Source of the DNA: Trichomonas gallinae
Taxonomy: Eukaryota
Assembly: GCA_008369845.1 (NCBI GenBank)
Contig: MRSU01002006.1
Location: 1-64,000 of the forward strand
DNA length: 64,000 nt
Reading direction: 5' to 3'
The notes beneath the pieces are model-generated. The model was not told where the DNA came from, did not search any database, and saw only the letters and a list, made by a program, of their open reading frames with translations. A program made the translations under genes and the position numbers. Shown here piece after piece: positions 1-11,900 of the stretch (its first letter is position 1; each line of letters starts with the position of its first letter).

Positions 1-426
1 ATCTTGATCAAAATAGGTGCAAAAATGCAAATTTTTTTCCGTTGTAAAGTTTACAAAAAACGGTTAGAACGGTCCCTTAAAATTTTTGTCATTAAAAAAA
101 TTCTCATTAATGCAGATTTATGATCTTTATTAGAAGTATAATCCAAAAAACGCAAAATTAAACGAATTGTGTTGATTCAAGACAATTTCTTTTGTTTTTG
201 ACTGTAATTTTGAGTCAAAAAGTATGTGTATCATCAGTACATTCTATATATCTGCTATTTTCTTGCAAAATTGCATTTTTTCTCTCATTTTTATCAATTT
301 TTGATCTTAATTTGACATATTTTTGTTTATGGGTTTAAATACATTAATAAAAATCTCTAAAAAAGGAAAAAATCAAGTAAGGTTATTTTTAAAATCAATT
401 TTATATCGTCAAAATATAAATAGTAC

Positions 427-1215
427 ATGTCTAAATATCTTCCACTCAAGTCGCCTGGTCAATTTGATTTCACGGTACCAACCATGATACCGTCTGTATC
501 ATATTCGGCCACGCCGATGGAGCCAGAAGACGAAGAGGTACTAAAAATAATTAGATCATTAGGAAACGGAAATATTCCTGATTGTCAAAATTCCGAAATT
601 ACTACATTACCATACGAAAACTTTCAGGCAATGGCATCTTTCGGGCCTCGCTGCACAAGATGTGGCAATCCTTGCGGTAATGACGTATATTATCATGGTC
701 CTCTGCCGTTTCACAAGCGCCATTTCGTATGCAAGAGATGCAATGGCGCACTTCATGTGCCAATTACTGTAAATGGAGACGTCTACTGTCAGAATTGTGC
801 AAGATCTATTAAACCGAAGCCACCTACATGCTGCAAGTGCCACGCACCTGTAGCTGATAAGTCCGTTATAGTCGCTGGCAAATGCTTTTGCCAAGATCAT
901 TTCAGATGTGCATTTTGCAATAATATTCTTAACGCAAATAACTTTATACAACGCGCTGGAAAATTCTACTGTCCAGATCACATACCAGAACCTACAAAAG
1001 CAGCTTGCAGTGTTTGCAATTTGCCAATTGAAGGATCATCAGTAGATAAGAACGGCATTTTAATGCATCCAGAATGTTTCATGTGCTCAATATGCCATCA
1101 GAACTTGAACCATTTGCCCTGCTCGTTCATCAAAAATAAACCGTATTGCTTATCATGTGCCGATAAGGCCCAAGCTTCGGCCAGGTCAAAGAGGTCACTG
1201 TCAACAATAGTCTAG
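427..1215 (+). CDS. LIM-domain protein (three LIM zinc-finger domains, paxillin/leupaxin-like)
   Basis: Three CxxC...HxxH/CFxCxxC...YCxxC/H units (CTRC..HKRHFVCKRC..YCQNC; CCKC..DHFRCAFC..YCPDH; CSVC..HPECFMCSIC..YCLSC). Confidence 0.9.
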   Translation: MSKYLPLKSPGQFDFTVPTMIPSVSYSATPMEPEDEEVLKIIRSLGNGNIPDCQNSEITTLPYENFQAMASFGPRCTRCGNPCGNDVYYHGPLPFHKRHFVCKRCNGALHVPITVNGDVYCQNCARSIKPKPPTCCKCHAPVADKSVIVAGKCFCQDHFRCAFCNNILNANNFIQRAGKFYCPDHIPEPTKAACSVCNLPIEGSSVDKNGILMHPECFMCSICHQNLNHLPCSFIKNKPYCLSCADKAQASARSKRSLSTIV

Positions 1216-1456
1216 TTATTATATATTTTGTATGTTTGTAAATATTTATTTATTCGTCGATTTTAAAAAAACATATTATTAGCCTTTTTCACATGTATAT
1301 TCGGTTTGTATGCCCGAATAATGACTTATTTATGCAATAGTTAGTATATTTCATAGGACAAAAATAAATTGAATAAATTAAAAAATATAAAAACAAAAAG
1401 TTGACGATTAAGGATAGACCATGGACATTAAGTGCTTTAATAATACAAAAGAATTA

Positions 1457-2077
1457 TTAATTGAGTAGCAAATTGATATGATTAAGTTCAGAATTGAAAA
1501 GGATTGGATTTCCTGTAATCAAAGATGGGAAGAGTGGGTTAGGAGCACACAATAATCTAAACGGAGGAAGTGGCGGAAGCAAGATTCTTTCCTGGACATC
1601 GACCGGCTTCGGTGACTCGTGTATTGGAATTGCGAGAATCTTTGGAGAACTTTCCTGGGATTCATCTGAAGATGGAGAGGATTCTTCCTTCGAGATTGGT
1701 GAAGGAATATCATCGTCATATGCATCGTCATCATGTTTTCTTGACTTTACGCGGGCACCTTCAGAAGTTGGAACCCAAGCATCAGATGGGTATGTACGTC
1801 CATAGATTCCATAGAAGGTTGATCTCTTGTCGATTCCAGGAATTGGCTTCAAAGCTTTGAACTTGGCAATTGTCTTGCCTCTAGTTTGGCTAAGGATTAC
1901 GCGAACATAATCCTTGCACTTTGATGAAACCTTGCACCAAAGATCGTAATCATTGTTTCTTATCCATTTCTCAATCTCGCATGACGCCATTGGCCTGTCA
2001 CTGTTCTTGATGACTGTGAAGGCTTTCTGCCTCAACTGGGTGCTGGATAGCGAAGGGTCGCCGAAGTTGGAATCCAT
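1457..2077 (-). CDS. Hypothetical protein with N-terminal putative winged-helix domain and acidic/Ser/Pro-rich tail (possible lineage-specific DNA-binding protein)
   Basis: 206-aa ORF with coding-like codon usage. LRQKAFTVIKNSDRPMASCEIEKWI...DYVRVILS fits the helix pattern of a winged-helix fold. C-terminus is low-complexity. Confidence 0.6.
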   Translation of the reverse strand: MDSNFGDPSLSSTQLRQKAFTVIKNSDRPMASCEIEKWIRNNDYDLWCKVSSKCKDYVRVILSQTRGKTIAKFKALKPIPGIDKRSTFYGIYGRTYPSDAWVPTSEGARVKSRKHDDDAYDDDIPSPISKEESSPSSDESQESSPKILAIPIHESPKPVDVQERILLPPLPPFRLLCAPNPLFPSLITGNPILFNSELNHINLLLN

Positions 2078-3354
2078 TTCTGAAAAAAATGGACTATTTT
2101 TGAATATATAATAGTTCGATCAAAAATTTTCGCGCAAACTGCTTCTTTTAGTGCATGTAGCATATTCAGGTAAAATTTTTCATTGCTATCAAAAGCATAT
2201 TGAATATTTGAGAAGGAAAAATGATAAAATATATCACTAAAGGAAATGCTTATTTTATGCTACAGGAACATGCCATTAAGGGAAATCCAGCAAATGCCAG
2301 ATAATCTTGTAAATGTCCATGACCGATCACGAAATTCTCTATGAAAATTGCTTCGACGTTTTTTTCCTTAGAGAATTGACGGATATCATTTCCTTAAGCA
2401 GTAATAAAGCCCATCATAAAATTTCATTTGTGCCTTGAATTTCGAAAAAATTAAATCGGTATCGCACCATTATAATTTACAAAACGATTTCGTTAATTTA
2501 AAAAATAATTTTTCCGTTTAGAAAAATAAATTGAAAAACCTTATTGAAAATTTTAAATATTTATTTGAGATATCGATACGATAATTCGTTATATAAAGTT
2601 CAATGAGATTTATGATACGATTTCGCATGAACTCTATTATTTTCGCCTTTGTAGACGGATTGCCTTGGTTTCGGAATAAATGATAAAAATTCCCGTCATT
2701 GTCACGTTTATTAAGAAAACCATCGTATTTACTATGGTTTACTTGTCAAAACAATAGTTTACATGACATATTTCAGATACTACGATTTCAGAAATAAGTA
2801 AACGTAAGGATGACAATTGACTAAAAAATTGCGTATAACCATCCCATGTATCTCCTTCTACTTCATTCTTTCACCGTACGACATGAAATTCCGAATTGCT
2901 TAAAAATAACGAATGTTCGGAGAACTTTGATGCTAAATCGCTTAAATTGTTTTTATTCTGTGAATTATGTAAATGTGAGCATTATTATTGTATTACTCTA
3001 CGCGATTTCTGTATTTTCAAGTCGCAATTTTTTTCAATTTTTCTCCATTATGAAGCCACATGTTATTCCATGTTATTTATGTTGATGCGACATAACATAA
3101 TGATATGGACCATTTTGGCAACTTAATGATGTTCACCTATGCGTTTAATTATTAAAATACAAAATCATATGATTATTTTGGCTTTTAATGTGAATTATTT
3201 TCAGAATTATCCTATAATATGCATAGAAACAGAATAATAAAGCTTAAATATTTATCTTATTTATTTGATCAAAAATTTGTTGCTGGATATTTAAAATAAT
3301 AAATAAAAAGTATTTTAAGAAATTATTTCACATAATTACAACAGAAGAACGAAG

Positions 3355-6087
3355 TTAAAGCTTTGTTGCCTGTTCCTGGAAGAACTTGAGCTTGCTCAAA
3401 TCCGCCTGGATCCTTGTGAAGAGTCTAGTGAGCGAGCTCTCGTCGAAGTCCAAATCGATGATGCCGTAGAGTGCGCCTAAGTGTGATGTGAAGAACTCAA
3501 TGGCTCTCTGCTTATCAGCCTCAAGCTTAGCCTTCATCTCCTTGATTTCTTTCTGGTGCTGTGTCTCGATGTTCAACATCTTGACGTTCTGTTGTGCGGC
3601 TGCGCTCTTCTGCTCCTTTGTGAACTTCTCTGCTGCCTGCTGGCTGCGCATCTCTGACTGCTGGATCTCCTTTCTAAGGGCAACATTCTCCTCGTCGATC
3701 TTGGCGATCTTAGACTCGCAAGCTGCGAGATTCTCCTGCAGGTTCTTGGCGAGAACGGCGGCCTTTTCTGCGCGCTCTCTTGCCTCAGCGACCTGCTTCT
3801 CGAATTCGAGTCTGGCGGACTCGACGGACTGTGCTGCGCTCTGCAATTCCTGCTCGTGTGTTGCCTTCATCTCGTTGAAGACAGCCTTCGATTTCTTCCT
3901 TGTCTGTGAGAGTTTCTTTGTTGTTGCCTCCAAGGCCTCCTGGAGCTCGTGGACCTGGTTGGCGAGAACTAACTGAGCCTTCTCGTGCTTCTTGTTGAGG
4001 GCGGCAACTTCGTCTTCGAGCTGCTCCTTAAGATTTGACACTTTGCTTCTCAGCTCCTCGTTTTCTTGGACCTTTTCCTGAAGAGCCTTCTGGAGCATCT
4101 TGATGGCGTGGTCATCCTGGATGATTGTTGTTGATGTTGTTGTTGTGGTTGTTGTTGGTGTTGATGTGGATGGTCTGTCGATAACGAGTTTATCATCTCT
4201 CTTGCACTCGAGGACCTTCTTCTCGCACTGAGATACAGCATCGCAGACTTCCCTTGGCTTCGTGAGCTTCATGATGTCCATCCTCTCCTGCTCGTCTCTC
4301 ATCTGCTTGTTGATGAGGCAGTCGAGCTGGTCGTGGAGTGACTTGTTTTCTGTCTCAAGCTGTGTGATGGATAATCTGAGGTTGTCGATCTGCTTCTTCA
4401 TTTCCTCCTCTTCCTTGTTCTTTGAGTTGAGCTCGTTTCTGGCAGCGACGAGGGCCATGTGGATCTCTCTCCTTGTGTCCTTGAGGTGCTGGAGCTTCTT
4501 CTTGAGGGCTTCGAAGAGATCTGGAGCTGTGTTGATGTTCTCGATGCCTAATTGCTTCAATGATCCGTTGATTGCATCCTTCTGCTCAGCGGCTTCGATT
4601 AACATGTCGTTCTGCTTCTTGAGGCGCTCGTTTGTAAGGAATAAAGCGGCCATTAATGTGGCAAGATCCTTATTATTTTGAGCAACTTCGTCAACTAAAG
4701 CTTTGCGCTTGAGGAAGCATTCCTCGTTGAGTTCGAAGAGTTCCTGTGGGACGAAAAGTGGGCCTAAGAACTTGAAGCAATCTGAAAGATTTTCAAGCTT
4801 GAAGCCTTCTTCTGCGAGGAATGTGAGGAATGTGTCATCAGCATAGCAGAACGCGCAGGCATCAATCTTGTGCTCGTTGGCCTCGAGATTCTTCCATTCT
4901 CTGATAATAGAGTTGAGAAGGTTGTATGTCTCCTCGAACTTGTGCTTGATCTCCTCTGATGAGTTGAGCTTCTCGGCGTTGTCTGCTTCGAGTGCTTCGT
5001 TGTCTTCCTGGACTTTAGCGAGATCCTTTGCGCATTCGTTGATAATTAACTGGATCTTCTGTGTTGACTGGAAGTGGTCGAATGATAGGATCTTGGCAAT
5101 TCTCTGGTTGAGGTCGTCGTCGAATGGATATTTGATAGCATTAATATCAAAGTTGTCTTCGAAGAGTTTAGCTGTGAGGGCTGTAGCTTTCTTGGCCTTG
5201 GCAGTGAGGCTTGTGTTTTCTGTCTTCAAAGTCTCGATTTCTGATTCGTATTCGGAAATCATGCTGTTAAGCTTCTGGACTAATGTAACGAGCTTCTCAC
5301 GCTCATCGGAAAGCTGCTCGAAGTCGTTCTTCTGTGTATTGTAATGCTCCTGCAATGTGGCGAGCGCGGATTCGAAATCTTCTGCCTTTTCTGTCTTAGA
5401 CTTGAGATCGTCTGCGAGGTGGGTGTTCTCTGTCTTAAGCTTCTGTATTTCTTCTTCTAATGTCTCTATCTTCTCTGCCTGTCCCTTATTTTCAAGTGCA
5501 AGCTGCTCCTGAACAGAACTTAGATCATTGAACTTCTGTGTGAGCTGATCAAGCTGCTCTGTGAGCTTCTGGCCCTTGTCCTTGGACTTTTGATGAGCTT
5601 TTGTGAGTTTTCCATTTTTCTCGATGCAAATCTTGAGCTCATTCTTTGTTGTTGAGAGTTCTTCTGCGAGGATATCACGTTCTTTGCCGTTTTCAGCTGC
5701 CGACTTCTTGTACTTAGCGATATCTTTGCTCTGGCTCTGGATCTGCTGGGTGAGACGTGCTCTCTCTTCATCAGCCTTGTTAGAAATTTCGACAAGCTGT
5801 GTTCTGAGAGTAGATTTTGTTCTCTCACCTGTTTCATTGGACTTTTGAAGCTGGAGCTTCAAGTTTGTAATTTCCTCGTGAAGTCCATTGACTGTGGAGG
5901 CTGTTTCTAACGCCTGGGCAAGTTGTTCGTTTGTTGTGTCAAGGTTATTCTGAAGTTGGCGAATTATCTGCCTGAGCTGCTCGTTTTGCAGCTTCATTTC
6001 TTGTATTTGAAGGAGGTCGCCTTTAGTGTGGCTGCCCTGAGAGCAACTCCAGTTGCTCATGCTGGCCGAATTAGAAGATGTATCCAT
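3355..6087 (-). CDS. Large coiled-coil protein (possibly cytoskeletal)
   Basis: 910 aa rich in E/K/Q/L heptads, strong GC3 codon bias, internal poly-Thr run, and TCATTTT initiator just upstream of the ATG. Confidence 0.85.
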   Translation of the reverse strand: MDTSSNSASMSNWSCSQGSHTKGDLLQIQEMKLQNEQLRQIIRQLQNNLDTTNEQLAQALETASTVNGLHEEITNLKLQLQKSNETGERTKSTLRTQLVEISNKADEERARLTQQIQSQSKDIAKYKKSAAENGKERDILAEELSTTKNELKICIEKNGKLTKAHQKSKDKGQKLTEQLDQLTQKFNDLSSVQEQLALENKGQAEKIETLEEEIQKLKTENTHLADDLKSKTEKAEDFESALATLQEHYNTQKNDFEQLSDEREKLVTLVQKLNSMISEYESEIETLKTENTSLTAKAKKATALTAKLFEDNFDINAIKYPFDDDLNQRIAKILSFDHFQSTQKIQLIINECAKDLAKVQEDNEALEADNAEKLNSSEEIKHKFEETYNLLNSIIREWKNLEANEHKIDACAFCYADDTFLTFLAEEGFKLENLSDCFKFLGPLFVPQELFELNEECFLKRKALVDEVAQNNKDLATLMAALFLTNERLKKQNDMLIEAAEQKDAINGSLKQLGIENINTAPDLFEALKKKLQHLKDTRREIHMALVAARNELNSKNKEEEEMKKQIDNLRLSITQLETENKSLHDQLDCLINKQMRDEQERMDIMKLTKPREVCDAVSQCEKKVLECKRDDKLVIDRPSTSTPTTTTTTTSTTIIQDDHAIKMLQKALQEKVQENEELRSKVSNLKEQLEDEVAALNKKHEKAQLVLANQVHELQEALEATTKKLSQTRKKSKAVFNEMKATHEQELQSAAQSVESARLEFEKQVAEARERAEKAAVLAKNLQENLAACESKIAKIDEENVALRKEIQQSEMRSQQAAEKFTKEQKSAAAQQNVKMLNIETQHQKEIKEMKAKLEADKQRAIEFFTSHLGALYGIIDLDFDESSLTRLFTRIQADLSKLKFFQEQATKL

Positions 6088-7155
6088 GAATAATTAAAAA
6101 TGAAAAATAAAGTGCACGTTTACAATATTTTTGTGACGAAAATCGTTTTGTTTTTATTTCCTGTTTTTACTGCTGGATATAGAATATAGTAGTCATATAA
6201 CAGCTATATCTAAGAGGAAAACGCGAAATGGGATAAAGATTCGTTTATTTTTAGAATCGTAAAATGTCTTACACGTAAACTAACGTGTCAGAAATTATAA
6301 AGGTGACAGAAATATTTTTGACATCAAAACAGTGGCTTCTAATTTGTCAAAACTAGACCAAAATTTTAATCTGTTGGACACCTATAAAATCTATCGCTGT
6401 GGGCATATCTTCTTATATTCTAAATATGAAGCAAATCCATCTGCCACCTTTCCTCTGAAATTATTGTCAAATGAATAATTTACATGTCAAGAATTAATGT
6501 ATTTGATCAAAATATTAACTTTAAAGTATTCTATTCAGAGTCTATAGAATGGTCATCAGATATTTTAAAATTCGCTTATAGAAGAGAATATGAGAGTGGA
6601 ATGATAATTTTGAGTCTGATTTTGACGCATAAACTTTATATTTGCCAAATTATTCTTTACAATGTCAGATATTTTCGAACAATGATACCATAATTATATA
6701 CATATGTATAACTATATATATGTAATAGTCTATAAATGCAATGAAAAAATACAGTTTTGAGGTATAATTTGTTATTGATTTGAAATGCTATGTTTAAAAC
6801 AATAAATACACACATAATATGGTCTTATATAAACATAGTAGTGGTATTATTCTTATAACAATGTTATTAGACATGTTTTAGAACCATTCTTGAAGAGTCT
6901 CCTAAAATCATGATCATTTTACAAATACATTTATAGCTAGATTAGATCTTTCTTAAACTGTTTACCACTAAAAAAATAAATAAGATATAATTAATGGTAA
7001 AATTAACGCATAAACTTTGATATTTTACTTGGTTATTGGATCCATCTTTGAACTGATATATAGATTAAAAACAAGTCTATATAAAACAAGCAGTTAAGCA
7101 AAATGTTTTACACGACAGATTGTCATATTTAGAATGCATTTGTATGCTTTACATT

Positions 7156-8553
7156 TCAGGTTTTGTCACGACTAGGTATTTGTATGTTGAGTTTGTCATT
7201 TTTACGTTGTTCTACTTTGATTTCTTGATTTGCTCCACGATTTTCCATATTTTGAGAATCTGCCTTATAGGAGGTATATTTATATGGTTTAAATTCTTTG
7301 CCATCTTTGAAAAAATCTGCACAAAGCGTTGGAGCAAAAATTATAGGAGACGGGTATAAGGCTATTTCTTTGCTGTTGGGTATTTCTTGTATTTTTTTGC
7401 AGTTGGGTATATCTTCTATTTCTTTGCTGTTGAGTAACAAGCCTATATCTTCTATTGATGGAGGAAAACAAGGAATGTTACTTAAATTATCCGTGTATTT
7501 ATAAATTTCAGTGTATTCACCAATTTCCACATCTTTTATTGCGTTTGTGTCTTGTTCAATATTTGATGGCTCTTCGAAAAACGGAAACTGACTCTTTACC
7601 TTGAAAGAAGCGTTTTTTTTGAGATCACAAGGTTCAGTTTTTCGAGGCCTCCCAACTTGGAAGTCATGGAAAAGATTTAGGTAGACATCATAATCTGGTT
7701 CTTGGAGGAATTTTAGGTCTGCAATTTTTTTTCGATATTCATTCAAATTCTCGAGAAGTTCTATTTCGTCTTTTTGATAACCCTTGTAATCTTTAATCCA
7801 TTCTTTGATTGTTCCCTCGACATTTTCTTTTAATTCAATGATTTCTTTATATGGATTATCTTGACCATCCTGAATCTTTCCTTGCCAGGGTAATCTTCCT
7901 TTAAATAAGTAGAGCCAAACGTATAGTAGAGCTTCCATGTCGTCTCTCTTCGATTGTTGTTTGCCTTTAAGTGCTCTAACCGATGCATATCGAGGTGTAC
8001 CAGTAAGAGAGGTTATAATGTGACTCTTTTCGGTTGGTACTTTTTCTGATAGGCCGAAATCGAAAATTTTAATCATATCTTTTTGATCTCTTGCAAAATT
8101 TTCTGGTTTAATATCTCGATGTATGTAGCCGTATTCATGTAGTTCTCTCACTGCAGATATCATACGACCAATGATTTTTTTTAATTCTTCAGGTTTAGAT
8201 TGATATCTGTTCTTTCGTTCTTTTTCTAAATTGTCATTAAGTCGCTCGATATAAAGGTATCCAGAATCTTGATCGTAACCATAAACTTGCGGAATAAATG
8301 AACAACCTTTAAATTGATTATAAAATTCGTATTCTGCTTTAATTTGTGCTTTCGATGAAATCTGATCATTTGGAGTTTTAACAGCAATTTGTTTTGGCAT
8401 GGTTCCATCTGGGTCTTCAATTATTACTTTTTTTCCTACAGATTTACCTCCTTCTTCTACAAGCGTCGCTATGCAAACTGAACTAAATGCACCGACACCA
8501 ATAACCTTACCAATCACATATTCTTTCTTCTTAATGCTTTTCTCTCCACTCAT
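7156..8553 (-). CDS. Casein kinase 1 family Ser/Thr kinase
   Basis: GVGAFS, IAVK, HRDIKPEN and DFGLS, plus CK1-typical SLTGTPRYAS, SKRDDMEAL and LPWQG. Start moved to the first ATG (MSGEKS, 8553). Confidence 0.9.
   Translation of the reverse strand: MSGEKSIKKKEYVIGKVIGVGAFSSVCIATLVEEGGKSVGKKVIIEDPDGTMPKQIAVKTPNDQISSKAQIKAEYEFYNQFKGCSFIPQVYGYDQDSGYLYIERLNDNLEKERKNRYQSKPEELKKIIGRMISAVRELHEYGYIHRDIKPENFARDQKDMIKIFDFGLSEKVPTEKSHIITSLTGTPRYASVRALKGKQQSKRDDMEALLYVWLYLFKGRLPWQGKIQDGQDNPYKEIIELKENVEGTIKEWIKDYKGYQKDEIELLENLNEYRKKIADLKFLQEPDYDVYLNLFHDFQVGRPRKTEPCDLKKNASFKVKSQFPFFEEPSNIEQDTNAIKDVEIGEYTEIYKYTDNLSNIPCFPPSIEDIGLLLNSKEIEDIPNCKKIQEIPNSKEIALYPSPIIFAPTLCADFFKDGKEFKPYKYTSYKADSQNMENRGANQEIKVEQRKNDKLNIQIPSRDKT
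7361..7440. repeat. Short intragenic tandem repeat in the CK1 tail (about three 27-nt units)
   Basis: Encodes NSKEIEDIP-NCKKIQEIP-NSKEIA. DNA units of the form tatttctttgctgttg(g/a)gt recur. Confidence 0.65.
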
Positions 8554-8970
8554 TCTATTTTTGATAGTCAAAAATTCAATAGTCAAAAAAAAAAAAAAAA
8601 AGTTTTACGTGACAAAATCAGTCAGCGATTAAATGAAAATATGACTTTTTTTTTGCTAAAAAATTTACATGACAAAATCAATAACTGTTTGTTCTGGTTA
8701 AATATAGATAATTAAATCCCAAGAAAGTTTATGATTTATGGTCTCAGACATATGTACTTCATAAGATAGGAAGAAGGATTCTATAAATAGACTCATATGA
8801 AGAGAATCTGACAATGTAAAGTGTCAGATTTTAGATGTCAATTTTTTAAAAGTGAAATAAGGTTATTTAATATTTTAAACGGCTATAAAATTATTTTTCA
8901 AAAATAAATAAACGATACAAATCTGCACAGCAAATAAGTTCTTATTTTTTATCAATTCCAAAATTCTAAA

Positions 8971-11900
8971 ATGCTGAAAATTATTAGTGATTTCAAGCCA
9001 TTTGGGGTTGAAAGACTCCAATGCAACCCATCACTGATAGAATCCAGGTTCTATGATGATGGCATGGAGATAGATTGGCTAAACAATGAAATCATTTGGT
9101 CCAAAAACAGATGCTTGCTTCATCATTTGACAATGAGTGCAAATATCAAGGATGCAGTCATATGCACGGTCGATACTACAAGATATTTGGCTGTTTTATA
9201 TGAAGGAGGCCTTACTCTGTTTTCATTTTCAGGACAAGCTTACATGATACCTCTTCCATTCCCAATTTCGCGTATTTTCGCACTACACAAAGCAATTTTA
9301 CTCGTTAGAGCTCAATGCTCTTCATTTTTACAAAATCAATTTTCAGATTTTCCGATTCTCTTTACTTTATTCCATCCACTCGAAGAAATCCGTCCAGTAG
9401 CTTTCAATGATACACTTTCCAAGCAGTTTCATCCAAAATTTACTACTATTATGTCGCCATCTCCAAGAAGGAACCACCAAGTGCCGTTAAAGACAGAAGA
9501 CACACTTTGCTTCATAACAGACAACAATTTCATGCCACTGCACGTCTCAAATGAGCGAGTTTACATGGTTGCGAAAACAAATGATGTTGCAACTGTTTAT
9601 AAGTTCATAGAGCCAACATCCAGCCGCGAATTGTTGTTCTCATCGCCGCACTTCAGACGTTCTCCGTCGATTTTTTCGCCTCCAAGGCCTTATACCGGTT
9701 TATCTTCGCCGGGAACTGATGCGAGAAATGAAATTCAGGCAACCCTTGAAGGGATTCCACCAGATCTTTTCATAGAGTCATTGTATGACTTCAAGTTCAA
9801 CACAAACACTGAGTATTCATCATTCTGCGAGATTTCTGACGGCTCAAGAAAATATCTTTTGTTTGTTCACGAAGGTGTATTAGATGCAGTAGATATATCA
9901 TATGTAGATACTTATAAGGCATCAAGATGGATGACAAATATTCACCAAGTGCTTTATTATGATCAATTAATGTATTTCGTTGTTGATGATGCCGGAAACT
10001 TATCTTTATTCGAAGAAAATCGCATGATTGCTCATCTTCCAACTACTCATGTCGTAGGAATCCACAAACTCGGAAAAAGATTTATTCTCGATTATCAAAG
10101 CGGAGAAAGGCAACTAGTAACTATCAACATCACAGTCGATAAGCTGATCTCCCAAGTTCTTGGTGTCGCCCATTTCTCAATCTCAAAGGATAATTATGCG
10201 ACAACGATTTTAGCTTTAAGCGAATGCGGGGCATTATCCGACCAGCAGATATTCTTCGATTGCCTGCTCAACTTGCTTGTTAACATAGAAGATGAGAGCG
10301 AGCTCATCAACTTCTTCACAGCTCTGCATCTTCTGTCTGAAGACATGAAAATAAGGATTGGCTGCGAAGATGAAAGAAAACGGTTGATGGTGCTTTTGAT
10401 AAGACTCGCGAAAAGGGTTGGAATGGTAAACCACTTGCTCTACTACGCATTGTCGAGCGAGGAAGAAATAACACTCGAAGACTGCGTCAAGAACGACAAG
10501 TTTGGTGACACTGACGTGCACGATCTAATAAACTGGTGTTCTCAGTGTATATCAGGAAAAGCTCTTGTTGAGATTCCTTCGCCTTTCCAGCTTTCCCAGA
10601 AGGTCATCAAAGTGTTTGGATCAGTACACACGGCCGAAGACGCGAAGACGATTGTTGTGTTGTCTGAAAGAGAGAAGTTGACTTTGTCGCAAATCGTAAA
10701 TTTGCAGCCAGCTTTATGCGCTCCTTTGCTGAGGATTTTCCAGCTAACGAGGGACTCGCCGCCTGAAGATTGGCCGATTGCTGCATACAGACTGATTGGC
10801 AGAGATGATATTGCCAAACTACATGAATATATCAAGCAGCCTTTCGACAATTTAAACTCGCCGCAAGCATCATTACCTGATCTGAGATTTTTGGAGGTCG
10901 AAAGATTGCTGCAGTCACATCTACCAGTCACAATCGACGTGGAGAGGCCAAATGGCACCGATGATATTGTCTACCAGTCAATGATGGTCGGAAAGCTCAG
11001 GATATTGCTTGAAAAGCAGTGGTCGCTGAGCATCGGCCGAGGAATGTTCAATCTTAAGTCGATGAATCCACTTCCATCACAAAAATTAGTTCCTGAGAAA
11101 TTAAACAAAGTCGGTTATACAACAAACGGAACTGAAATCGTTGACACTGATGATGCTGCTCAGCAGCAAGCAGAGAATGTTGCTGCTCAGACATGGGCGC
11201 AGTTCAACAACGGCGTCTCAGATGGATTGAGAGTTTGCGATGCTGGACATTCATGGATTGTCGACACAATCAGCAAAGAATACACGCCGTATTCTGCAGG
11301 AATTTTGTACGGTTTCGCCATCAATGGACTACTCAAGAAGCTGTGGAAGGTTGACATTTTCCAGTATCTTACTTCTCCAGACATCAAAGAAATCAACGCA
11401 ATCGCAATGGTCTTCGGCTTAGGTGTTTCTTACAGAGGAACGAAAGACCTCGGAATTTCTCATTTGCTGACAATGCATATTCCAGAGCTCAGACAGTTCC
11501 AGCAGTCTGACTACGAGATGAGCTCATTGATCAAGTCTGCCGCAATATTCGGCATCGGTTTGCTGTTCGAAGGATCAGCGAACAGACATTTAACAGAAGT
11601 TTTTGCTCAGCTGCTTGAAAAAAGCGCAATTTTTGATCTGACAACGCTGCCGCTTTCTCTTGGCTCAGCGATTGGTTTGATTTCGCTGGGCATGGGCGAT
11701 AAGTCTCCCGTCCTGAAAGAGACAAGAGAAAGATTATGCATCATTCTTGATGGATCTAAAACAGCTGATGTCAGTAACGATAAAATCGCAACATTCGGAA
11801 ACTCCGATTTCTTCGCAATTGCACCAGCAGCCATCTTCGTCCTCGCGCTCGGCTATATGAGAACTGGCCACAAGCGTGTTCAATCAGCTCTTGAACTTCC

